Assembly: GCA_963779535.1 (NCBI GenBank)
Contig: CAVZYP010000004.1
Location: 207,101-271,100, forward strand
Source: an uncultured Thermoleophilia bacterium
GTDB taxonomy: Bacteria > Actinomycetota > Thermoleophilia > Gaiellales > Gaiellaceae
Length of the DNA: 64,000 bases
Direction: 5' to 3'
Shown: positions 20,744 through 27,556 of the stretch, one piece after another
How positions within the stretch are numbered: position 1 is the first letter of the stretch
Layout of the letters: each line of letters starts with the position of its first letter
The notes under the pieces: model-generated
What the model was told of the DNA's origin: nothing
The model's input: the letters and a program-made list of their open reading frames with translations, nothing else
Database searches by the model: none
Translations under genes and position numbers: made by a program

Positions 20744-22500
20744 GCTGGCGCGACCTTTACTGCGGCGAACTCCGGACCGACCACATCGGCACGCGGGTCA
20801 CCGTCGCCGGCTGGGCGGACACGCGGCGCGACCACGGCGGGCTCGTCTTCATCGACCTGCGCGACCACACCGGCAAGCTCCAGCTCGTGATCAATCCGGA
20901 GCGCGCTGCCGACGCAGCGCAGGCCGCACGCGAGATTCGCAACGAGTTCGTGCTCCAGGCCGAAGGCGAGATCGTCGCCCGTGGGCCGGAGTCGGTCAAT
21001 CCGAACCTGCCGACCGGGGACGTCGAGATGCAGGTCGACAGGCTGAGCATCCTCTCGCGCTCGACGGCGCTGCCGTTCCAACTCGACGAGGAGAACGTCG
21101 ACGAGACACTGCGGCTCCGGTACCGCTGGCTCGACATGCGGCGCGACCGGATGCAGCAAAACTTCCGCCTGCAGCACACCGCAATCGCCGCGATCCGCGG
21201 CGCGATGGACGCTCAGAACTTCATCGACGTCTGGACGCCGAGCATGACGCGCGGCACGCCGGAAGGCGCGCGCGACTTTCTCGTGCCGGTGCGCCTGCAG
21301 CCGGGGAAGTTCTTCGCCCTCGCGCAATCACCGCAGATCTTCAAACAGCTCTGCATGGTCGGCGGCTTCGACCGGTACTACCAGATCGCCACGTGCTGGC
21401 GTGACGAGGACCTCCGTGCGGACCGTCAGTTCGAGTTCCGCCAGCTCGATCTCGAGATGGCGTTCGTCGAGCGCGAGGATGTGCTCGCCGTCATGGAGAC
21501 GGCCGTGGTCGCGTCGTTCGAGGCACTCGGCCGCCAGGCGCCGTCGCGTCCGTTCCCACGGATCTCGTTCGACGAGGCCATGACGCGCTACGGGTCGGAC
21601 AAGCCGGACCTCCGCTTCGGTCTCGAGATCCAGGACGCGACGGCCGTGACGCGCGAGTCCGAGTTCGGGGTCTTCAGGAACGCAGAGGCGGTTCGCTTCA
21701 TCGTTGCGCCCAGGGCGTTTTCCCGCAGCGAGATCCAGCGCCTCGAGGACCTCGCGAAGGAGTGGGGCGCGAAGGGGCTCGCGTACGTCGTCGTCGACGA
21801 CGACGGCGAGGTCCGCTCCCCGATCGCAAAGTTCCTCTCGCCGGCCGAACTGGCGGCACTCGAGGCGCCCCCCGGCTCGACCGTGCTCTTCGGCGCGGGG
21901 AACGATGCCGCCGTGCTTCGTGTCCTCGGACTGTTGCGCCTGCAGCTCGGCCGGGAGCTCGGCCTGATCGACCCGGATCTCGACGTCTTTCACTGGGTGC
22001 TCGATTTCCCCCTCTTCGAGCAGGACGAGGAGACGGGGGAGTGGACGTTCATGCACCACGCCTTCACCGCGCCCGTCGCGGGCGCCGAGGTCTGGGACGA
22101 GGCGAGCCCGGCCGGCGTGCGCGGGCAGCACTACGACCTCGTCTGGAACGGGTGGGAGCTCGGCTCGGGCTCGATCCGCATCCACGACGTCGAGGTGCAA
22201 CAACGGGTGTTCCGGACGATCGGCCTGACGGAGGAGGAGGCGCAGTCGAAGTTCGGTTACCTGCTCGAAGCGCTTGCGATGGGCGCCCCTCCGCACGGTG
22301 GTTTCGCCATGGGCATCGAGCGCTTCATCGCGTTGATGGCCGGCGAACCGGACATTCGACAGGTGATCGCCTTCCCGAAGGTCTCGAGCGGCTCGGATCC
22401 GCTGACCGGCGCGCCCACCCCGATGCCGGACGAGGTCCTGCGAGAGCTCGGCGTCCAGGCTGTTCCGGGGGATGGAAAGCTCCTGCTGAGGTCCGAATGA
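20740..22500 (+). CDS. aspS: Aspartate--tRNA ligase
   Basis: 586-aa ORF. OB-fold N-terminus (VTVAGWADTRRDHGGLVFIDLRDHTG), then FRQLDLEM, GSIRIH and GGFAMGIERF. GTGA overlap with hisS. Confidence 0.95.
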   Translation: MSWRDLYCGELRTDHIGTRVTVAGWADTRRDHGGLVFIDLRDHTGKLQLVINPERAADAAQAAREIRNEFVLQAEGEIVARGPESVNPNLPTGDVEMQVDRLSILSRSTALPFQLDEENVDETLRLRYRWLDMRRDRMQQNFRLQHTAIAAIRGAMDAQNFIDVWTPSMTRGTPEGARDFLVPVRLQPGKFFALAQSPQIFKQLCMVGGFDRYYQIATCWRDEDLRADRQFEFRQLDLEMAFVEREDVLAVMETAVVASFEALGRQAPSRPFPRISFDEAMTRYGSDKPDLRFGLEIQDATAVTRESEFGVFRNAEAVRFIVAPRAFSRSEIQRLEDLAKEWGAKGLAYVVVDDDGEVRSPIAKFLSPAELAALEAPPGSTVLFGAGNDAAVLRVLGLLRLQLGRELGLIDPDLDVFHWVLDFPLFEQDEETGEWTFMHHAFTAPVAGAEVWDEASPAGVRGQHYDLVWNGWELGSGSIRIHDVEVQQRVFRTIGLTEEEAQSKFGYLLEALAMGAPPHGGFAMGIERFIALMAGEPDIRQVIAFPKVSSGSDPLTGAPTPMPDEVLRELGVQAVPGDGKLLLRSE

Positions 22501-23144
22501 CCGATCGCCGCGGCTCGCGGTTCGTGCTCGAGGCGCTGTTTCTCGTCGGGCTCGCGGTCGCCGTCACGCTGGCGAAGCTCGATGCGCTCGAGATCGCGGG
22601 TGTCATGCTGCTCGGCTGGTTGGTCGTCGCCATGCTCGAATGGGCCGCGTGGCGCGGCGAGCCGCACTACGGCAGCGGGCTCCCGCCGCGCTACTACGTC
22701 CCGAACGTCAACCTGCCGCCCGCCCAACCGCTCGAACAGGTGCGGGTCGGCTATCCGGAGGCCCACCGGGACGAGGCGCCGACCTGGATCGCCTCGGCTG
22801 CGCTGCGCGAGGAGGTGCTCGGCGAGTGGCCGCACGCTACGCCGCTGCCCGTCGAGCTGCCGGCCGAGCCGGAGGAGGAACAGCACGGCCCCGATGCGGA
22901 GCCATGGGCTCCGGTCGCGCTGCCGGCCGTCCGCGGTGAGGAGCCCCGCCCGGTGCCGGCGACGGAGCAAACGGGCGTTGCGCCCGGGCGTGGCGTCGCG
23001 CGCTACAGCCTCGACCCGCTGGGCGACCCGCCGCCCCGCCGGCGGTTCGGCCGGGGCGTCACGGATGCACCGCAGGGTGTCGACGTCCCGGCTCGCCCCG
23101 GAGGGGCACGAGCGCTTCCGGGCCGGGCGGATCGGCAGGAGTAG
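22497..23144 (+). CDS. Hypothetical membrane protein (two N-terminal TM helices, Pro/Glu-rich tail)
   Basis: ATG 22497 overlaps the aspS stop (ATGA). This is the last 215 codons of composite ORF 21762..23144. Confidence 0.5.
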   Translation: MTDRRGSRFVLEALFLVGLAVAVTLAKLDALEIAGVMLLGWLVVAMLEWAAWRGEPHYGSGLPPRYYVPNVNLPPAQPLEQVRVGYPEAHRDEAPTWIASAALREEVLGEWPHATPLPVELPAEPEEEQHGPDAEPWAPVALPAVRGEEPRPVPATEQTGVAPGRGVARYSLDPLGDPPPRRRFGRGVTDAPQGVDVPARPGGARALPGRADRQE

Positions 23145-23160
23145 CCGTGAGCCGGCTCGG

Positions 23161-23568
23161 ATGAGGCCGAATCTTGCGGTGCGCGAGGTCGCGCTCGCCG
23201 GCGTGGCGTTGCTCGCGGGCGCCGTCTCGCTCGCCGTGACGGCTCAGACGCACGACGAGCACACTGCGAGCCCGAAACCCGTGGGCTCATTCGTCGCACT
23301 CGCCGGCTCTGCAGGCCCTGCGGCCTTCGGGCGCGCCACGGCGTGCGGCGGCGTCCTCCAGCCCGACACGGAAGGGGTCGCACAGCCCACGCTTCCTTGC
23401 GGGGCCCGGATCTTCATCACCTTTCACGGCGCCACCGTGCTCACGCAGGTCGTCGACCGCGGGCCGTACGAGCCCGGACGCCAGTTCGACCTGACCGACG
23501 CGCTCGCCCGCCGGCTCGGCCTCCGCGGCGTCCAGCCGATCCGCTGGTCGTACGCGCGGGCCGGGTGA
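23161..23568 (+). CDS. RlpA-like double-psi beta-barrel (DPBB) domain protein with N-terminal signal/anchor
   Basis: ATG 23161 within ORF 22582..23568. ACGGVL...PCGARIFITFHGATVLTQVVDRGPYEPGRQFDLTDALARRLG resembles the RlpA/3D-type barrel. Confidence 0.55.
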   Translation: MRPNLAVREVALAGVALLAGAVSLAVTAQTHDEHTASPKPVGSFVALAGSAGPAAFGRATACGGVLQPDTEGVAQPTLPCGARIFITFHGATVLTQVVDRGPYEPGRQFDLTDALARRLGLRGVQPIRWSYARAG

Positions 23569-23751
23569 TCGCCGCTAGGGTCTGAAACGAGTGCTCGACC
23601 TCGTTCGTAGAGCCGCGTACATGTAGAACCAACACCATGTGAAAGGGAGCCCGGGTCGGGCCTAGGCATCTGATGCCGACGGTTCGCACGGCACCCACCT
23701 GGCTTGTCCAGGTTCACGTGGACGCGGCCCAAACGGCGAGATCGGAGCATG

Positions 23752-23777
23752 GTGGGGGGAGCCTCGGCTCCCCCCAC
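23752..23777 (+). other. 11-bp G/C hairpin GTGGGGGGAGC-ctcg-GCTCCCCCCAC, 13 nt upstream of the mnmA -10-like box
   Basis: Read directly from the sequence; no U tract. Possible insulator/terminator, or part of a structured RNA. Confidence 0.35.
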
Positions 23778-23790
23778 GACTCTTCGCCAG

Positions 23791-23796
23791 TACCCT
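23791..23796 (+). promoter_or_regulatory. -10-like hexamer TACCCT, 6 nt before ATG 23803
   Basis: Supports ATG 23803 as the mnmA start. Confidence 0.4.
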
Positions 23797-23802
23797 GGCC
23801 GG

Positions 23803-25062
23803 ATGCAGGAGCTGTACGGAGATTCGGCACGCGGCGCCGACTGGGCGGCCGTTCGGCTGCGGATCCGGGACGGCCGGATCCTCGACGCAGACGCGCCGGG
23901 CATCGACACCGACCTGCGCGGGCTGACCCTGCTCGAGGCCTGTGCGGTCGGCGGCGAGACGCTGCCGGTCGACGCACTCGCGAACGCGCTCGCGCCCGCC
24001 GTGCGCGCAGCCCCCGATCCCGGACGGGTCGCCGTCGCGATGAGCGGTGGCGTCGACAGCGCCGTGACCCTCCTCAAGGCCGGGCCGGCGGCCGTCGGCG
24101 TCACCCTGCGCCTCTGGCTGGACCCCAACGGCCCCGACGCCGAGCGCGCCTGCTGCTCACCGAGCGCGGTGCTCGCCGCGCGCCAGTCGTGTCACGCACG
24201 AGGCCTCCCGCACGTCACTCTCGATCTACGTGAGGCGTTTCGCCGCGCTGTCGTCACACCGTTCGTGCGCGGTTACGCGCGAGGTGAGACGCCGAACCCG
24301 TGCATCCGCTGCAACGGAGGGTTCCGCTTCGCCGAGTTGCTCTCGTTCGCGCGCCGCGTGGGAGCGGCGGCGCTTGCGACGGGCCACTACGCGCGGATCG
24401 TGGAGCACGACGGCGGGCTGCTGCTGGCGCGTGCCGTCGACCAGAACAAGGATCAGAGCTACATGCTCGCCCGCCTGGCGCCTCGGCACCTCTCGCGGAT
24501 TCGTTTCCCGCTCGGAGCACAGACCAAGGCGGAGACGCGGGCCGAGGCCGCCGCTGCCGGGCTGGCGGCGGCCCACCGCGCGGAGAGCCAGGAAGCGTGC
24601 TTCCTCGCGGGCGACGACTATCGCTCGTTCCTCGACCGGCAGGGGCTGCCTGCGACGGTTGGTGCGATCGTCGACGAAGCCGGCGAGCAGCTCGGCGAGC
24701 ACCGCGGCTACTGGCAGTTCACGCCGGGGCAGCGGCGTGGTCTCGGCGTCGCGGCATCGGAGCCCCTGTACGCCCTTTCCACCGACGCCCGCACGAACAC
24801 GGTTGTGGTCGGGCCGCGGGCCGCCCTCGCCCGCAGCCGCGTCTCGGCCCGCGGTCACATCTATGCGCCCGTCAGTCGGGTGACTGCGAAGCTCCGCTAC
24901 CGCTCTCCTGCCGTCCCCGCGACCGTCGAGGCGACGGCGGGCGGATTCCGGCTCCAGCTCGACGAACCCGCCTACGGTGTGGCCCGTGGCCAGGCCGCCG
25001 TCCTGTACGACGGCGACGTCGTGGTCGGTTCCGGGTTGGTCACTTCAGCCGCCGCGGGCTAG
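23803..25062 (+). CDS. mnmA: tRNA 2-thiouridine(34) synthase MnmA with a ~65-aa N-terminal extension
   Basis: PP-loop VAMSGGVDSAV, then NPCIRCN, ATGHYAR and KDQSYML. ATG 23803 within ORF 23704..25062. Confidence 0.88.
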   Translation: MQELYGDSARGADWAAVRLRIRDGRILDADAPGIDTDLRGLTLLEACAVGGETLPVDALANALAPAVRAAPDPGRVAVAMSGGVDSAVTLLKAGPAAVGVTLRLWLDPNGPDAERACCSPSAVLAARQSCHARGLPHVTLDLREAFRRAVVTPFVRGYARGETPNPCIRCNGGFRFAELLSFARRVGAAALATGHYARIVEHDGGLLLARAVDQNKDQSYMLARLAPRHLSRIRFPLGAQTKAETRAEAAAAGLAAAHRAESQEACFLAGDDYRSFLDRQGLPATVGAIVDEAGEQLGEHRGYWQFTPGQRRGLGVAASEPLYALSTDARTNTVVVGPRAALARSRVSARGHIYAPVSRVTAKLRYRSPAVPATVEATAGGFRLQLDEPAYGVARGQAAVLYDGDVVVGSGLVTSAAAG

Positions 25063-25065
25063 GCT
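25060..25065 (+). promoter_or_regulatory. -10-like hexamer TAGGCT (includes the mnmA TAG stop), 8 nt before GTG 25074
   Basis: Stop-in-hexamer layout. Confidence 0.4.
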
Positions 25066-25073
25066 GGTCAGCG

Positions 25074-25532
25074 GTGGTTGTCGCCTTCACCTTCGGGGAT
25101 CTCGCCGATCTCGCCCTCGCGGTGTTTCTCGTCGCCGTCGGGCTCGGGATTTCCTGGGCCTTCCTGCGCTTGGCCGTGACGTTCGACCGGCTCTCGTCGT
25201 TGATCCGGGGAACAGAGCGTGAGGCTCTACCGGTGATCAACAAGGTCGGGGGCTCTGTCGACCGCGTCAATCATCAGCTCGACAAGCTCGACGTGGCGAC
25301 CGACAGTGCGGTCGACGCCGTTGAGGCGGCGGACGAGGCCGTCCGCGCAGCCAGCTTCGCCGTCAAGCGCCCCGTGCAGATGGCCGTCGGGCTGTCGGCG
25401 GGCGTCACGCACGGCTGGGCGTCCCTCAAGTCGCGCCGCAGCTGGTCCGCCGCCGTGGCCGAGGGCAAGGATGCCGCCGCCCGGCGTGAGCGCGACCTCG
25501 ACGAGGAGTTGAAGTCGACGCGTGCCCCCTAA
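25074..25532 (+). CDS. DUF948-like membrane-anchored coiled-coil protein
   Basis: Last 152 codons of ORF 24300..25532. N-terminal TM (LALAVFLVAVGLGISWAFL), then helical INKVGGSVDRVNHQLDKLD.... Confidence 0.55.
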   Translation: MVVAFTFGDLADLALAVFLVAVGLGISWAFLRLAVTFDRLSSLIRGTEREALPVINKVGGSVDRVNHQLDKLDVATDSAVDAVEAADEAVRAASFAVKRPVQMAVGLSAGVTHGWASLKSRRSWSAAVAEGKDAAARRERDLDEELKSTRAP

Positions 25533-25902
25533 GGCCGACGAGATCACGCTCACGGTGCCGCGCTCGCCCGGGTTCGACCGCGTCGCCCATCTCGTCCTCG
25601 GGGGGCTGGCCGCTCGGCTGAACCTGACCGTCGAGAGCCTCGAGGACCTGCAGCTCGCACTCGATGCGGTGTTCGACCGCATCGCCCCGGGCTCCGATGA
25701 TGTGACGGTGCGGGTGTCGTTGCGCGACGGCGAGCTCGAGACGCGGATCGGCCCGTTGCTGCCCGCGTTGCTGGACGAGATCGAGTGCGAGGCCAACGAC
25801 GGGGAGCTGCGCGTGCGCCGGGTTCTCGACTCGACCGTCGATGACGTGCATGTCGACGGCGAGTGGGTGCGCCTGACCAAGAGGGTGGCGACCGTTGCCT
25901 GA
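25522..25902 (+). CDS. Anti-sigma-factor-like protein (degenerate RsbW/HATPase-like fold, no recognisable ATP-binding boxes)
   Basis: 126-aa ORF overlapping the sigma gene by 8 nt. ITLTVPRSPGFDRVAHLVLGGLAARL...LQLALDAVFDRI follows the RsbW N-terminal pattern, but the N-box and G-boxes are not visible. Confidence 0.45.
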   Translation: MPPKADEITLTVPRSPGFDRVAHLVLGGLAARLNLTVESLEDLQLALDAVFDRIAPGSDDVTVRVSLRDGELETRIGPLLPALLDEIECEANDGELRVRRVLDSTVDDVHVDGEWVRLTKRVATVA

Positions 25903-26656
25903 GAGCGACAAGGTCCTCCTCCGGCGCTACCACGAGGAAGGCGACCTGCAGGCGCGGGAGCAGCTGATCGAGCAGTACATGTCGCTCGTCCGCTCGCTGG
26001 CGCGACGTTACAGCTATCGCGGAGAGCAGCTCGACGACCTGGTTCAGATCGGCTCGATCGGGTTGATCAAGGCGATCGACCGCTTCGACATCAACCGCGG
26101 CGTCGAGTTGACCACCTACGCGACGCCGAACATCATCGGTGAGATCAAGCGTCACTTCCGCGATCGCGGCTGGGCCGTCCGTGTGCCACGCGGCTTGCAG
26201 GAACTGAACGTTCAGCTTTCCAAGCTCGTGGAGCAACTGACCGTGGAGAACGCTCGCTCGCCGACGATCGCCGAGCTCGCCGAGGCGGCCGGGGTGGAGG
26301 AGGAGGACGTCCTCGAGGCGCTCGAGTCGGGGCGGGCCTACTCGTCGCTCTCGCTGTCGTCGGGCGGCGGCACCGAGGACGGGGAAGAGCTCGATCCGCT
26401 CGAGTCGCTCGGTGAGATCGAACATGAGTACGAGGTGTCGGAGGATCGAGCGGTGCTTGCCCCCGGATTCAAGGTGCTCGACGAACGCGAGCGCGCGATC
26501 CTGCACCTGCGATTCTTCGAGGGGTTGACACAGTCCCAGATCGCACAGCAGGTCGGCATCTCGCAGATGCATGTCTCGCGGCTCATCCGTCGCGCGCTCG
26601 AGAAGATCAGGAACGAGATCGCCGCAGGCGAGTTCGACCCCGAACGCGCCGCCTGA
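25895..26656 (+). CDS. RNA polymerase sigma factor, SigB/SigF/SigG (group 3) type
   Basis: 253-aa ORF with a TTG start. Region 2 DLVQIGSIGLIKAIDRFD...TYATPNIIGEIKRHFRD. Region 4 HTH LTQSQIAQQVGISQMHVSRL. Confidence 0.88.
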   Translation: MPESDKVLLRRYHEEGDLQAREQLIEQYMSLVRSLARRYSYRGEQLDDLVQIGSIGLIKAIDRFDINRGVELTTYATPNIIGEIKRHFRDRGWAVRVPRGLQELNVQLSKLVEQLTVENARSPTIAELAEAAGVEEEDVLEALESGRAYSSLSLSSGGGTEDGEELDPLESLGEIEHEYEVSEDRAVLAPGFKVLDERERAILHLRFFEGLTQSQIAQQVGISQMHVSRLIRRALEKIRNEIAAGEFDPERAA

Positions 26657-26700
26657 TCGAGACCGTCGATCGATCGGGCTGACGAGCAGGGCGGTCCGCG

Positions 26701-26706
26701 TAGCGT
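26701..26706 (+). promoter_or_regulatory. -10-like hexamer TAGCGT, 6 nt before GTG 26713
   Basis: TANNNT plus short spacer. Confidence 0.4.
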
Positions 26707-26712
26707 CGGGGC

Positions 26713-27456
26713 GTGCGGCTCGTCGACCTCGACAACGCAACACTCGCGGTTCACGAATGGGGCCCTGCGAACGGGCCGGCGCTCCTCTTCTGGCATGCGC
26801 TCGGCCCTGAGGCATCGGCCGAGTATTTCGCACCGGTCGCGGAGCGTCTCGCGGCCGCCGGGCATTACGTCGTCGCCGTGGACGGCCCTGGTTTCGGGGC
26901 GTCGCCGCTGCTGGACGAGGAGCGGTATGACCTCGACTCGCTGGCCGACCTGGTACACGACCTCGTCGTTCGGCTGGAGCTCGCGCCCCTGGTCGTGATG
27001 GGCCACTCGTGGGGCGGAGCGATCGCGGTGCGCTACACGGCTGCCCACCCGGAGAACGTGACGGGGCTCGTGCTCCTCGACAGCGGCCACATCGACTACC
27101 GCGACCTGCCCGGTGTCGACGTCGACCGTCCCGCCTCCGAATGGGTCGACGAAGTGCGCGAGCGGGACGGACTCCGGCCGGAGGCGCGCGGCCGTGCAAT
27201 GCACGGGCTCACAGCCCGGGTGAGCGACGCGTGGCCGGAGATCGCCCGACACCGGATCCCGACCTTGCTCGTGCTCGCGACGCTGCCGCCGCACGTCGAG
27301 CAGAACCGTGAGCACGTCGGCCGCTTCCAGGAGGCGATCCCGGGCGCCGAGGTGCGGTGGGCGGAGAACGCGGGCCACGGCATCGTCGACGATGTCGGCC
27401 CGGCGCTGGGAGACGAGATCGCCGTTTGGCTCGCGGCGAACGTCAACGAGCCCTGA
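26713..27456 (+). CDS. Alpha/beta hydrolase
   Basis: 247-aa ORF. HALG oxyanion region, nucleophile elbow GHSWGG, C-terminal GH. Confidence 0.8.
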   Translation: MRLVDLDNATLAVHEWGPANGPALLFWHALGPEASAEYFAPVAERLAAAGHYVVAVDGPGFGASPLLDEERYDLDSLADLVHDLVVRLELAPLVVMGHSWGGAIAVRYTAAHPENVTGLVLLDSGHIDYRDLPGVDVDRPASEWVDEVRERDGLRPEARGRAMHGLTARVSDAWPEIARHRIPTLLVLATLPPHVEQNREHVGRFQEAIPGAEVRWAENAGHGIVDDVGPALGDEIAVWLAANVNEP

Positions 27457-27483
27457 GCCGACAGGCCGCGGCGAGACCAGTCC

Positions 27484-27498
27484 CTTGGTCAGACCAAG
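27484..27498 (+). other. Perfect palindrome CTTGGTC-A-GACCAAG in the hydrolase/alaS spacer
   Basis: 7-bp arms read directly from the sequence. Could be a weak terminator hairpin or an operator. Confidence 0.2.
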
Positions 27499-27536
27499 TC
27501 CTACCGAAGTGCGACAAACGTTCCACAGGGCGTCCG

Positions 27537-27542
27537 TACACT
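27537..27542 (+). promoter_or_regulatory. -10-like hexamer TACACT, 14 nt before ATG 27557
   Basis: Would give a very short leader; weaker case than the others. Confidence 0.3.
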
Positions 27543-27556
27543 GTTCGTCCGTGGCG

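Noticed and set aside
23749-23751. Upstream ATG (23749) or ORF start 23704 as the mnmA start
   Set aside because: Both lie inside or before the G/C hairpin and would add an Arg/Pro-rich non-homologous N-terminus. ATG 23803 has the -10-like box at the standard distance.
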